A stretch of 64,000 bases of DNA from Actinomycetota bacterium. Lineage in GTDB: Bacteria > Actinomycetota > Acidimicrobiia > Acidimicrobiales > SZUA-35. Position 1 is the stretch's first letter; the number at the start of each line of letters is the position of its first letter. The notes beneath the pieces were generated by a model. That model saw nothing but the letters and a program-made list of their open reading frames with translations, did no database searches and was not told where the DNA came from. The DNA lies in NCBI GenBank assembly GCA_039201605.1, contig JBCCRO010000005.1, positions 128,489-192,488 on the forward strand. Reading direction: 5' to 3'. Shown one piece after another: positions 41,867 to 51,399 of the stretch. Both the position numbers and the translations under genes were made by a program.

Positions 41867-44764
41867 CTACAGGCTGCGGAGGGTGGGCGATGACGAGCCG
41901 GGGTCGGTCGGCACCTCGTCGAGGAGCGAGCGGTCGTGCTCGTAGGAGAGGGTGTTGGCCGCCTCGCGGACGGTCAGCCATCGGATCCGGTCGACCTCGT
42001 CGTTGGGCTGGAAGTGCCCGCCGGCCAGCGACGCCAGCCAGTAGCGGACCACCTTGGGGCGGCCCTTGAACTCGTAGTGGGCCGAGGGCAGCTCGTCCTC
42101 CAGCACCACGTCGAACCCGGTCTCCTCTTGCACCTCGCGGATCGCCGTCTCCCGGTCGGTCTCACCCGGGTCGCGCTTGCCCTTGGGGAAGGACCAGTCC
42201 TCCCGGTGAGGACGATGGGCCACCAGCACCTCGACGCCGTTGGCTCCGAGTCGATACACGACACACCCGGCGGCGTGGATCGGCTCGGGTACCTCGGCCG
42301 GGGTGGGCGGGGTGGCGGGCGGGGGTCCGGGCTTGATCGTCATCACCTCGGCCAGATCGACAGACCCGTCGTCGCCTCCGTCACCGGTGGCGGCAGCCGC
42401 CGCTGCGGTCTCGGGGTCGTGCTGCTCGGCGCCGTCGGTCGACGGCTCGAGGCCGGTGGCGGGGACCGACGGCCCGTTCGCCGACGCCGAAGGAGCGGTG
42501 GCCGAGGCCACGGTCGGCATCGGGGGCTCGGTCCCCAGTGGACGGCGGGTGGCGGCCGGAGGGGTCGACGGCCGGCTGCGCTCGATCGGGGGCAGGTCGG
42601 GTCGGCGGGCCGGGGGCGGGGTCCGGGGCGGGTCGCTGTCGGCCGACAGGGCGTACTCCACCGGCGGGCTGGGCGGGCGGCGCAGCGTGACCGGGCGGTT
42701 GGCCTCGGCCAGGGCGGTGCGCTCGGCCGCCAGCTCCTCGAAGGTGATGTGGGCGTTCTCGTCGCCCTCGAGCCGGTGGTAGACGTCGTCGGCGCGCAGC
42801 TCCCAGGCCAGGGAGGTGTCGGCCATGTTGATCGTGAGCACCTCGGCCAGGCGCTCCTGACTCTGGACGTCGTCCACCCGCAGGACCACCTCGACCCGTC
42901 GATTGAGGTTGCGGGGCATGAGGTCGGCCGAGCCGATGAAGTAGGCCGGGATCCCGACGCCACCGCCGTTGGCGAAGCAGTAGATGCGGGAGTGCTCGAG
43001 ATAACGCCCGACGAGGCTGCGGACCGTGATGTTCTCCGACAGCCCGGGCACGCCGGCCCGCAGGCAACAGATGCCCCGCACGATGAGGTCGATACGTACC
43101 CCGGCCGCCGACGCCGCGTAGAGGCGGTCGATCAGGTCGGGGTCGACCAGGCTATTCATTTTGAGCACGATCCGACCGGTGCCGGCCGGGGCCGCCATCT
43201 CCCCCTCGATCAGCTCCTGCAGCGGCAGGCGCAGGGAGTGGGGGGCGACCAGGAGTCGCTCGTAGGAGACGTCCCGCCCGTACCCGGTGAGGAAGTTGAA
43301 GAGCTGGGTCAGGTCGTTGCCCACGTCGATATCCGCGGTGAGGACGCCGATGTCCTCGTAGATGCGGGCCGTCTTGGGGTTGTAGTTGCCAGTGCCGATG
43401 TGGCAGTAGCGGCGGATGCCGTCGCCTTCCGAGCGGACGACGAGGGCCGTCTTGGTGTGGATCTTCAGCCCGACGAGGCCGTAGACCACGTGGACCCCAG
43501 CCTCCTCCAGACGACGGGCCCAGGTGATGTTGGCCTCCTCGTCGAAGCGGGCCTTCAGCTCGACCAGGGCCGCCACCTGCTTGCCCCGCTCGGCCGCCCG
43601 GATCAGCGACTCGATGATCGGACTGTCGCCGGAGGTGCGATAGAGCGTGAGCTTGATGGCCAGCACGTCGGGATCGCGCGAGGCCTGGCGGATGAACTCC
43701 GACACCGAGGCGCTGAACGAGTCGTAGGGGTGGTGGACCAGGATGTCGGCCCGTCGCACCCGCTGGAAGAAGTCGCGGCTGTCCTCGATCTCGCGCAGGC
43801 GCCGGGGGGTGACGGTCTTGCCGTCGGGCACCTTGAGATCGGAGCGATCGATGCCCATCAGCTGCCAGAAGCCGGTGGCGTCGAGCAGCCCGTTGTAGAG
43901 GTAGACGTCGTCGGGGTCGAGATCGAGCTCGCGGACCAGCAGGTCCTGCGCTTCGAGTGGCATCGACTGGTCGAGTTCCAGGCGGATCGCACGACCGAAG
44001 CGGCGGCGCCGCAACTCCAGCTCGATCATCTCCAGCAGATCGTCGGCGTCCTCGTCGTCGAGGGTCATGTCGGCGTTGCGGGTGACCCGGAACGGCCAGC
44101 CCCCGATCACCTCGACCCCGGGGAACAGCTGATCGAGGTGGGCGATGATCACCTGCTCGATCGGCACGTAGCGCTGGTCGCCGAGCTCGATGAAGCGGGG
44201 CAGCGACGGCGGCACCTTCAGTCGGGCGAACTGGTAGCCCGGCTCGTCGGGATCGTCGACGAGGACGGCGAGGCTGAGCGACAGGTTCGAGATGTAGGGG
44301 AAGGGGTGGCTGGGGTCGACGGCGAGCGGAGTGAGGATGGGGAAGATCCGGTTCTCGAACTCGGCCTTGGCGATCTTCAGCTCATCCCGGCCCAGGTCCT
44401 CGATGTCGAGCACCCGGATGCCCTCGGCCGACAGGGCGGGCAGGAGTTCCTCGGCGTGGACCCATTCGAGGCGCCACGCCTGGACCCGCACCTCGTCGCG
44501 GATGGCGGCCAGCTGGGCCAGCGGGCTGAGCCCGTCGGCCGGCGCCTTCGACACCCCGGCCGCCACCTGCTCCTTGAGACCGGCCACCCGGACCTGGAAG
44601 AACTCGTCGAGGTTGGAGGCGTAGATGGCGCAGAACTTCAGCCGTTCCAGCAGCGGGATGTCGCCGTCCTCGGCCTGGGCCAGGACGCGGGAGTTGAAGG
44701 CAAGCCAGGAGAGCTCTCGGTTGATGAAGCGCTCGGGGGATTCGGTGATCGGCTCGTCACTCAT
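41867..44764 (-). CDS. ppk: polyphosphate kinase 1 fused to a C-terminal Nudix hydrolase domain
   Basis: PPK1 N-terminus FINRELSWLAFNSRVLAQAED...ERLKFCAIYASNLDEFFQVRVAG and PLD-like C domains (YCHIGTGNYNPKTARIYEDIG, HSRIYCF). A Pro/Ala/Thr-rich linker of roughly 130-140 aa follows. Then comes an intact Nudix box GKRDPGETDRETAIREVQEETGF (nt ~41870-42280), all in one ORF. Confidence 0.9.
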   Translation of the reverse strand: MSDEPITESPERFINRELSWLAFNSRVLAQAEDGDIPLLERLKFCAIYASNLDEFFQVRVAGLKEQVAAGVSKAPADGLSPLAQLAAIRDEVRVQAWRLEWVHAEELLPALSAEGIRVLDIEDLGRDELKIAKAEFENRIFPILTPLAVDPSHPFPYISNLSLSLAVLVDDPDEPGYQFARLKVPPSLPRFIELGDQRYVPIEQVIIAHLDQLFPGVEVIGGWPFRVTRNADMTLDDEDADDLLEMIELELRRRRFGRAIRLELDQSMPLEAQDLLVRELDLDPDDVYLYNGLLDATGFWQLMGIDRSDLKVPDGKTVTPRRLREIEDSRDFFQRVRRADILVHHPYDSFSASVSEFIRQASRDPDVLAIKLTLYRTSGDSPIIESLIRAAERGKQVAALVELKARFDEEANITWARRLEEAGVHVVYGLVGLKIHTKTALVVRSEGDGIRRYCHIGTGNYNPKTARIYEDIGVLTADIDVGNDLTQLFNFLTGYGRDVSYERLLVAPHSLRLPLQELIEGEMAAPAGTGRIVLKMNSLVDPDLIDRLYAASAAGVRIDLIVRGICCLRAGVPGLSENITVRSLVGRYLEHSRIYCFANGGGVGIPAYFIGSADLMPRNLNRRVEVVLRVDDVQSQERLAEVLTINMADTSLAWELRADDVYHRLEGDENAHITFEELAAERTALAEANRPVTLRRPPSPPVEYALSADSDPPRTPPPARRPDLPPIERSRPSTPPAATRRPLGTEPPMPTVASATAPSASANGPSVPATGLEPSTDGAEQHDPETAAAAAATGDGGDDGSVDLAEVMTIKPGPPPATPPTPAEVPEPIHAAGCVVYRLGANGVEVLVAHRPHREDWSFPKGKRDPGETDRETAIREVQEETGFDVVLEDELPSAHYEFKGRPKVVRYWLASLAGGHFQPNDEVDRIRWLTVREAANTLSYEHDRSLLDEVPTDPGSSSPTLRSL

Positions 44765-44827
44765 GGTCGCGGTAGTCGGAGTAGGCGAAGTACAGGTGCT
44801 AGTCCATCGCCCGCTTCGGTCGAGAAT

Positions 44828-45772
44828 TCAGCCGAATCGGTCTGCGGCCAGAAGAGCGGCACCGACGACGCCGGCGTCATCGAGGCGCTCGGCCAACCGC
44901 AGCTCGCAGATCTCCGGGCCGAGGCCCCCGAAGGATGGCGAACCGGTGATCTGGTCGACGAAAGACTGTCCCAGCTTGTCTACCACACCGCCCCCCAGAA
45001 CGACCCGCGAAAGATCGAGCAACGTGGCCGCATTGCCGATGACCAGGGCCAGCGCGTTGGCCGCCTCGGCGAGCAGCTCCAGGGCCACCTCGTCGCCGTC
45101 GGTCAGGGCCCGGTCGATGTGGCGGGAGCGGATCCGGCCGTCGCCGGCCAGGTCGACCATGGCGTTGCGTCGGCCTGCGGCCGCCAGCTCCCGAGCCCGT
45201 CGCTCGATCCCGGCCCGGCCGGCATAGGCCTCGAGGTGACCGACACCGCCGCAGCCGCAGATCCGACCGCCGGGCTCGACCACCATGTGGCCGATCTCGC
45301 CGACCAGACCCCGGGAACCGGTGGTCAGCCGGCCACCCTGCACCAGTCCGCCGCCGACGCCGGTGCCGACGAACACCGCCAGCAGGTCGTCGACGCCGCG
45401 ACCGGCACCCAGACGCTGCTCGGCCAGGGCCCCGCAGTCGACGTCGTTGCCGACGGTGACCGGTCGACCCAGTCGATCGCTGAGGACGGTGCCGACCTTG
45501 AGCGGCGAGTCCCAGCCGGCGATGTTGGCGCAGCGGACGACGACGTCGCCCTCCAGCACGAAACCGGGCACGCCGATCCCGACGGTCTGCGCCTCGGCCG
45601 CCTCGTCCCAGTCATCGATCAGGTCGACGATGGCGTCGAGAACGTCGGGCGGGCCGGTGGTCGGGGTCGCCACCTTGCGGCGCCCCACGGCGTCGCCCGA
45701 CTTCGGGTCGACCAGGCGGGCCAGGATCTTGGTGCCGCCGAGGTCGATGCCGACGACGGCTTTCGACCCCAC
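44828..45772 (-). CDS. ROK-family sugar kinase (glucokinase-like)
   Basis: VGIDLGGTK, GNDVDCGALAE, GTGVGGG, zinc motif GHMVVEPGGRICGCGGVGHLEAY. GTG start. Confidence 0.85.
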   Translation of the reverse strand: MGSKAVVGIDLGGTKILARLVDPKSGDAVGRRKVATPTTGPPDVLDAIVDLIDDWDEAAEAQTVGIGVPGFVLEGDVVVRCANIAGWDSPLKVGTVLSDRLGRPVTVGNDVDCGALAEQRLGAGRGVDDLLAVFVGTGVGGGLVQGGRLTTGSRGLVGEIGHMVVEPGGRICGCGGVGHLEAYAGRAGIERRARELAAAGRRNAMVDLAGDGRIRSRHIDRALTDGDEVALELLAEAANALALVIGNAATLLDLSRVVLGGGVVDKLGQSFVDQITGSPSFGGLGPEICELRLAERLDDAGVVGAALLAADRFG

Positions 45773-45775
45773 CGG

Positions 45776-46087
45776 CTACGCCGACGCTTCTCTTCTGCGG
45801 TCCGGCGACACCGTGCTCTCGGCATCGTCATCGCCGAGGTCCCAGTCGCAGACGATCAGCTCGCGCTCGGCGTCGCGGTTCACCCGCTCCCGGTTGCGAC
45901 GGAACTGCGGGTCATGCTTGGGCAGCAGGAGCAGCCGAGCCTGGACTCTGGTCCAAAAGTCGTCGAGCAGCTTCTGATCGCCGTAACGGACCTTGAGCTC
46001 CCAGTGGGGGGCTACGGGGCCGAGGTAGACGATGGTGGCGTGGGCGACCGGCTGCTGTTCTTCTTCGGTGGGTTCCACGGCTGTCAT
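45776..46087 (-). CDS. hypothetical small protein
   Basis: 103 aa from the ATG at 46087: MTAVEPTEEEQQPVAHATIVYLGPVAPHWELKVRYGDQKLLDDFWTRVQARLLLLPKHDPQFRRNRERVNRDAERELIVCDW... High GC3. Its stop lies 3 nt before the ROK start. Confidence 0.55.
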   Translation of the reverse strand: MTAVEPTEEEQQPVAHATIVYLGPVAPHWELKVRYGDQKLLDDFWTRVQARLLLLPKHDPQFRRNRERVNRDAERELIVCDWDLGDDDAESTVSPDRRREASA

Positions 46088-46214
46088 CGACCCAACGGTA
46101 TCGCCCTTCCGCCCACCAGCCTCGATGGGCCGGTCGACGGACGACGGGGTGAGAAAAAACCGACTTTCTGGCGACGGTGGGAACCATTCCGGCCTCTGGT
46201 GCGTCTCACTAGGC

Positions 46215-46460
46215 ATGGAAAGCAACTGGATGGCCGAAGGCAACTGCAACAACCACCCCCCGGCTGTGTTCTTTCCCAGTGATGGTGTGGGGGTGGAGGT
46301 CGCCAAGAAGATCTGCGGTACCTGCCCGGTCCAGGAGGCGTGCCTGGAGTACGCCCTCACCGCCCGCATCGACCACGGTGTGTGGGGTGGAACCTCTGAG
46401 CGTCAGCGTCGGCGCATTCTCAAGGCCCGGCGCCAGCTGGCCGACACCAACCTGACCTGA
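46215..46460 (+). CDS. whiB: WhiB-family transcriptional regulator
   Basis: C-X(n)-CxxC pattern (NCNNHPPAVFFP...AKKICGTCPVQEAC), plus GVWGG and a basic tail RQRRRILKARR. Confidence 0.9.
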   Translation: MESNWMAEGNCNNHPPAVFFPSDGVGVEVAKKICGTCPVQEACLEYALTARIDHGVWGGTSERQRRRILKARRQLADTNLT

Positions 46461-46478
46461 TTCGTTCAAAACCACATC

Positions 46479-46507
46479 AGACCCCGACGGAGACGTCGGG
46501 GTCTTTC
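46479..46507 (+). terminator. intrinsic terminator after whiB
   Basis: AGACCCCGACG-gaga-CGTCGGGGTCT followed by TTT. 11-bp stem, 19 nt after the whiB stop. Confidence 0.7.
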
Positions 46508-46661
46508 GCGCCCGACATCGGGTGCAGTGCCCGGTGGTCCACCGGCGTGTGCCGCCCCACCCAGCGATCCACCCCTCGCCCTGAGCACGCGAACGGGCCC
46601 CGGCGCCGTGCCGGGGCCCGCTTGCGTTGTCGTGATGCAGGTGCCCGAGGACACCACTCGA

Positions 46662-46928
46662 TCAGCCGTCGAGGCCACCCAGGATGCACTCGGTGGTGAT
46701 GTCCACGATGATCTCCTCCTCCTCGGCGGTCGGATCACCGCGCTCACCCAGCCGGTCCTCACCGATCTGGGCCTCCATGCCATCGACGATGCAGGTGGCG
46801 GTCGCCTCGTCAACGCCGGCGTCGGTGACCAGGTCGTCGATGGTCTCCTGCCGGTCGTAGCCGCCACTGCAGGCGCTGACGACCAGGGCAGCCCCGGCAA
46901 CCATCGCCATCAGTTTGAATCGGTTCAT
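46662..46928 (-). CDS. small secreted lipoprotein
   Basis: MNRFKLMAMVAGAALVVSACSGG (lipobox VSAC). 88 aa, acidic mature part with two Cys. Confidence 0.65.
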   Translation of the reverse strand: MNRFKLMAMVAGAALVVSACSGGYDRQETIDDLVTDAGVDEATATCIVDGMEAQIGEDRLGERGDPTAEEEEIIVDITTECILGGLDG

Positions 46929-47115
46929 GTGTTGTCGTTCCTTCCTCAGGGACCGCGACCGAGCGGCCCGCGTGGCAGATTGTCGGGCCGTTGCGCCACC
47001 ACAACGTCACGCCACCGGCGGGACGGGTACGACAACGGGCCCGCTTACGCTAGTCCCGGGAGGTTGAACCGGTGTTGGACCGGGTGCATCAACCCGGTGC
47101 ACCCCGCAGCAGCGC

Positions 47116-47454
47116 CTAGGGGAAGCCCAGCTGACGGGCCAGGGCCAGTACTCCGTCGCCCACGTCGTCGAGCAGGGATGCGTCGACCGAGGTCGATGCG
47201 GCCAGCCCGTCGACCACCTCGACCGAGCCCGCATCGTCACTGGAGGTGTCGGCGCCCACCGACAGTGAGGCGCCGAGGGCGACGAGGGCGACGGCGGCCA
47301 GGGCGGCGGCCATGCGCCCGGCGTGCAGGGGCCGATGGTCGACGGCGCGGTCGATGAACCCGACCGGTGGCTCGATCTCGGGCATCCCCCGGAGGGCGGC
47401 GGCCACCTCGTGCTCCCAGGGCTCGTCGGGCTGCAGGGCGGGATCGGGGCTCAT
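47116..47454 (-). CDS. putative membrane anti-sigma factor
   Basis: 112 aa from the ATG at 47454, which overlaps the sigma stop as ATGA. Single TM (MAAALAAVALVALGASL). Its position after an ECF sigma supports the call. Confidence 0.6.
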   Translation of the reverse strand: MSPDPALQPDEPWEHEVAAALRGMPEIEPPVGFIDRAVDHRPLHAGRMAAALAAVALVALGASLSVGADTSSDDAGSVEVVDGLAASTSVDASLLDDVGDGVLALARQLGFP

Positions 47455-48005
47455 GACGTCAGGGCCTCTCGGAGACGACCACGTCCTCGGTGGATGCGGC
47501 TTCGGACCGTACCGACGGGCACATCGAGGATGTCGGCGATCTCGGCGTAGGAATGACCGATCACGTCGCTGAGAACAACGGCGGCCCGGTAGTCCGGCGG
47601 CAGGTCGAGCAACAGACGCTGGAGATCGTCGGGCAGATCCCGTGCCGCCGCTTCGGTCTCGACGCCGGGCGAGCCCTCGATGATGCGGTCGGGCTCGTCG
47701 GGCAGGGGCACGGTCGGCCGGCGCTGCTGCTTGCGCACACGGTCCAGGAAGGTGTTGGTGGTGATACGCGACAGCCAGCCCTCGAAATTGCCGGGCTTGT
47801 AGCTTCGGAGACCTCGACGCACCCGCAAGAGCACCTCCTGAACGAGATCCTGGGCATCCTGGTGATTCCCACACAGTCGGTAGGCCAGGCTGTAGAGGAA
47901 ACGGCCGTAATCTTCGGCCACCTCCTCCCAGGTCGGGACGGATTCGGCTTGTCCGGCTACGTCGGCAAGACGACCTGCGGTCGCCGCGTCGGCACGTCCG
48001 GGCAT
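47451..48005 (-). CDS. ECF-type RNA polymerase sigma-70 factor (SigE-like context)
   Basis: Region 2 (FLYSLAYRLCGNHQDAQDLVQEVLLRV, GWLSRITTNTFLD) and region 4 (SYAEIADILDVPVGTVRSRIHRGR). Confidence 0.9.
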   Translation of the reverse strand: MPGRADAATAGRLADVAGQAESVPTWEEVAEDYGRFLYSLAYRLCGNHQDAQDLVQEVLLRVRRGLRSYKPGNFEGWLSRITTNTFLDRVRKQQRRPTVPLPDEPDRIIEGSPGVETEAAARDLPDDLQRLLLDLPPDYRAAVVLSDVIGHSYAEIADILDVPVGTVRSRIHRGRGRLREALTS

Positions 48006-48062
48006 GGCTTCAACGCCGGACGGACGGCGTTGGTTCCCCGATCGTCACGAAAAGAGGAGGAG

Positions 48063-48233
48063 TTAGACGGTGTCCTTCGGCTCGTCCTCTTTTTCCGAGT
48101 CGTCGAGACCCGTCTTGAACTCCTTCTGAGCCTGCCCGAGGTTTCGGGCCAGCTGAGGCAGCTTGGAGCCGCCGAAGAGGACGAGAACGATCACCAGGAT
48201 GATCAACAGCTCTTGGGGGCGAAGATTAGGCAC
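48063..48233 (-). CDS. tatA: twin-arginine translocase subunit TatA/E (unlisted, 56 aa)
   Basis: Hand translation from the GTG at 48233: (M)PNLRPQELLIILVIVLVLFGGSKLPQLARNLGQAQKEFKTGLDDSEKEDEPKDTV, stop TAA at 48063-48065. Canonical TatA TM plus FG hinge plus amphipathic helix. Confidence 0.85.
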   Translation of the reverse strand: MPNLRPQELLIILVIVLVLFGGSKLPQLARNLGQAQKEFKTGLDDSEKEDEPKDTV

Positions 48234-48299
48234 GTTGACGAGTCTACCGCGGCCGGCGCCCGACTCAAGGGCGACGCTTGTGGCCCGACGGGGCGAGAA

Positions 48300-48587
48300 T
48301 CAGGCGGTGCCCTGCGCCGTGGCGTCCTGCTGACGCTCCAGCGCCCGCTGGCGGCGGATACGGCGACGCTCCCGCTCGCTCATGCCACCCCAGATCCCGA
48401 ACTTCTCGCCATTGGCCAGGGCGAACTCGAGGCACGACTCGCGCACCACGCAGCCCCGACACACCTCCTTGGCCTCACGGGTGGAGGCGCCGCGCTCGGG
48501 GAAGAACAGATCCGGATCGACCCCCAGGCAGTTGGCGTACTCCTGCCAGCTGGTGTCGAGCATGAGGTGCTTCCGCCCAATGCGCAT
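48300..48587 (-). CDS. whiB: WhiB-family transcriptional regulator
   Basis: ATG at 48587 lies 4 nt after AGGAGG. YANCLGVDPDLFFPERG...AKEVCRGCVVRESC...GIWGGMSERERRRIRR. Confidence 0.9.
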   Translation of the reverse strand: MRIGRKHLMLDTSWQEYANCLGVDPDLFFPERGASTREAKEVCRGCVVRESCLEFALANGEKFGIWGGMSERERRRIRRQRALERQQDATAQGTA

Positions 48588-48863
48588 GATTCCTCCTACC
48601 GCCGAACAAATCTTGTTGTTAGTGCGGAGAATCGAGATCGAGTTCCGTGGTGAGGAGCCCACCGGTTTGACCGGCCGCTCCCCCGTCGTACGTTCTGCCC
48701 TGCCATACGTCCGCACTCAGCCATAGCGGTGGGCCACAGCGGCTGCACGGCACTTCCGTGTAATTACAACACTGTAGTACGCCGATGACAACCCGGTCCT
48801 TGCGATTTTTCGATGCATGGTGTAGTGACAACCACCCACAAAGAGCACGAGGATTCGCTGCGG

Positions 48864-49553
48864 TCAGACCCCCGGGCCGTCGTCGGCGTCGGGGAGCCGG
48901 GGCTCGGCCAGTCCGGCGGCGAAGGCGGCGATCACCGCCTGGACCCGATCCCGGACCCCGAGCTTGGCCAGGACCCTACCGACGTGGGTCTTGACGGTGG
49001 CCTCCGACAGGTACAGCTGCTCCCCGATCTCGGCGTTGGAGCGTCCGGCGGCCAACGCTCGGAGCACGTCGAACTCGCGCGGGGTGAGGTCGTCGAGGCC
49101 GGGTACCGACTGACGGGGGCGGACCGACCGAGCCTGGTCAACCACCATCGGCAGCACGGCGGGGGCGATCGCCACCTCGCCCGCCGCCACCCGGCGCACG
49201 GCGCCGACCAGGTCCTCGGCCGAGGCGTCCTTCAACAGGAAGCCCGAGGCGCCGGCCACGATGGCCGCCGACACGTACTCGTCGAGACCAAAGGTGGTCA
49301 GGATCACGACCCGGGGCGGATCGGGCCGGGCCAGGATCCGCTCGGTGGCGGCCAGGCCGTCGAGCTCGGGCATGCGGATGTCCATGAGGACGAGGTCGAC
49401 CGGGCGGGAGGCGCAGACCTCGACGATGCGGCGCCCGTCGGGGACCGAGGCCACCACCGTCATGTCGGGCTCGTTGTCGATGATCAGCTCGAAGCCGGTG
49501 CGGATCATGTCGAGGTCGTCGGCGATGGCGATACGGATCGGTTCGGCCGTCAT
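48864..49553 (-). CDS. NarL/LuxR-family response regulator
   Basis: Receiver (IRIAIADD...DLVLMDIRMPELDG) and LuxR HTH (LTPREFDVLRALAAGRSNAEIGEQLYLSEATVKTHV). Confidence 0.9.
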   Translation of the reverse strand: MTAEPIRIAIADDLDMIRTGFELIIDNEPDMTVVASVPDGRRIVEVCASRPVDLVLMDIRMPELDGLAATERILARPDPPRVVILTTFGLDEYVSAAIVAGASGFLLKDASAEDLVGAVRRVAAGEVAIAPAVLPMVVDQARSVRPRQSVPGLDDLTPREFDVLRALAAGRSNAEIGEQLYLSEATVKTHVGRVLAKLGVRDRVQAVIAAFAAGLAEPRLPDADDGPGV

Positions 49554-50764
49554 CGATCGCCTCCCTCGGTCGGGTTCTGGCGGGCCACCGGCAACTCGAC
49601 GCTCACCACGAACCGTCGATCGTCGACCCCGGCGGAGAACGTACCCCCGAGCACGGCCGCCCGCTCGGCCATGCCGGTGAGCCCCACCCCGTCGCCGGTG
49701 GCGGGCCGGCTCATCACCCGGCCCGGGCGCAGCTCGTTGGTCACCCGCAGCGCCAACCCGTCGGGACGGCAGCGGAGCGTGACCTCGATCGCCACCCCCG
49801 CACCGCCGTGCTTGAGGGCGTTGGTCAACGACTCCTGCAGGACCCGGTGGAGGCCGCCGACGAGTGTGGCCGGCGGGGCGTGGTCGGCGCAGCCGTCCTC
49901 CTCCAACGTCACGTCCACCCCGGCGGCGGCCAGGTCGGTGACCAGGCGTCGGGTGGCGGCCAGGTCCGGCGGTGGGGCCAGGGCGGCCTCGTCGTCGCGC
50001 AGACCAACGAGGACGCGTCGGGTCTCGTCGAGAGCGGCGCGAGCCGAGGTGGCGATGGCGGGCACGGCCTCCGACGCGGCGTCGGGGCGGGTGGCGGCCA
50101 CCCGGTCGGCCGCCTCGGCCCGGACGGCGATGACCGACAGCGTGTGGCCGATGATGTCGTGCAGCTCTCGGGCGATCCGGGACCGTTCGGCCCCCACCGC
50201 CTCCCGCCGATCCTGCTCGCTGCGGACCTGGGCCTCGGTCACCGACGCCGCCAGCGCCGCTGCGTCGGCCCGCCGCCGGGCGGCGTTGGCCCCGAGCACG
50301 ATGGCGGTGCCGCAGGTGAGGGCCACCAGCGGCAGCTGGTAGAGCGTGACGTCACCGGCGAGGCGGACGCCGACCGCGGTGAGCACGGTGAGGGCGGCGG
50401 CGGCGCCGACGGCCACCCGGCGGGCGACCGGGCCGGCGTCGGCCGCGGTGTAGAGCACGATGATCACCGGGAGCAGCACCTCGGGCAGGTCGGAGATCCA
50501 CACCGCCCCCTGGGCCACCGTTGCCACTACCGTCACCGCCGCCGGATGAAGGCGACGGACCGCCACCAGGGCCGGCGGGGCGGCGATGAGGGCCCAGTGC
50601 CACCACCGGGTGGGGGCGATGACCGACTCCGCCACCTCGACGTAGATCCCCGCGAGCACGGCGACCAGCAGCAGGCCGGCGGCCAGGGCCACATCGGCGA
50701 TGGTCACCGTGGCCCCGGCCGTCGGCCGTGTCGATCGGAGGAGGGGAAGGTCCTTCACCGTCAT
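49550..50764 (-). CDS. sensor histidine kinase (HisKA_3 / NarX-like) with polytopic N-terminal domain
   Basis: H-box RSRIARELHDIIGHTLS, HATPase part (ESLTNALKHG, GVGLTGMAERA). ATG at 50764 overlaps the upstream stop (ATGA) and its stop overlaps the RR start (ATGA). Confidence 0.85.
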   Translation of the reverse strand: MTVKDLPLLRSTRPTAGATVTIADVALAAGLLLVAVLAGIYVEVAESVIAPTRWWHWALIAAPPALVAVRRLHPAAVTVVATVAQGAVWISDLPEVLLPVIIVLYTAADAGPVARRVAVGAAAALTVLTAVGVRLAGDVTLYQLPLVALTCGTAIVLGANAARRRADAAALAASVTEAQVRSEQDRREAVGAERSRIARELHDIIGHTLSVIAVRAEAADRVAATRPDAASEAVPAIATSARAALDETRRVLVGLRDDEAALAPPPDLAATRRLVTDLAAAGVDVTLEEDGCADHAPPATLVGGLHRVLQESLTNALKHGGAGVAIEVTLRCRPDGLALRVTNELRPGRVMSRPATGDGVGLTGMAERAAVLGGTFSAGVDDRRFVVSVELPVARQNPTEGGDR

Positions 50765-51399
50765 GCAGTCTGGCCCACCAGGGCGTGCGCCGGGTCGTCG
50801 TCGGCCGGCCGTCGACCGGTGCGGGCGTCGAGGCGACCGACCGCTCGGTCGGACGACGGGCCGTCGGGGGACGTACCGGGCGACGAGGAGCCGAGGGGGG
50901 CCAGGGCCGCACCGGCCACGGCCACAAAGGTGCCGACGGCGGTGACGGTGCGGATCAGGTTGAGCCGGTTCCAGTCGTCCTCGAAGTCGGCCCGAGCGGC
51001 GGAGGCCGCCGCCGGGTCGGTCTGGGCCAGCTCGTCGTTCAGGACGACGTTGCCCCCGATGGTGATGGCGATCGTGGCCACGTAGAGCGGCACGGCGGCC
51101 ACCAGCGACCAGCGGGCCCAACCCCGGAGCCGTCGGACGTTGGCGGCCACGGCGAGGGCGATCGCCGGCACCGGCCCGAAGAAGATCAGACCGAAAGGGG
51201 CGTTGCGGACGGTGGCGTTGATCGCCTTGAAGGTCTCGACATAGGCCGGCTCGCCCACCTCGGCCAGGCCCCGGGTGACCGACACCTCGTAGGTGTAGAA
51301 GAAGCCGGCCGACAGCCCGGCGAGGAGCAGGGCGATCAGCAGGATCAGGCGGGCGACTCCTCCCCGCAGACGGGGAGCGAGGGTGGACAAGGTGGGCAT
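50761..51399 (-). CDS. DUF1772-like (anthrone-oxygenase family) membrane protein
   Basis: ATG at 51399 lies 6 nt after AAGGAG. Four TM helices. FFYTYEVSVTRGL...FKAINATVRNAPF... is a typical DUF1772 pattern. Disordered C-terminal tail. Confidence 0.65.
   Translation of the reverse strand: MPTLSTLAPRLRGGVARLILLIALLLAGLSAGFFYTYEVSVTRGLAEVGEPAYVETFKAINATVRNAPFGLIFFGPVPAIALAVAANVRRLRGWARWSLVAAVPLYVATIAITIGGNVVLNDELAQTDPAAASAARADFEDDWNRLNLIRTVTAVGTFVAVAGAALAPLGSSSPGTSPDGPSSDRAVGRLDARTGRRPADDDPAHALVGQTA

Noticed and set aside
41936-46282. 1448-aa plus-strand ORF opposite ppk, the ROK kinase and the small hypothetical gene
   Set aside because: Same reasoning. The minus-strand genes have unambiguous PPK1, Nudix and ROK motifs, while the plus-strand translation is featureless and Arg/Gly/Pro-rich.
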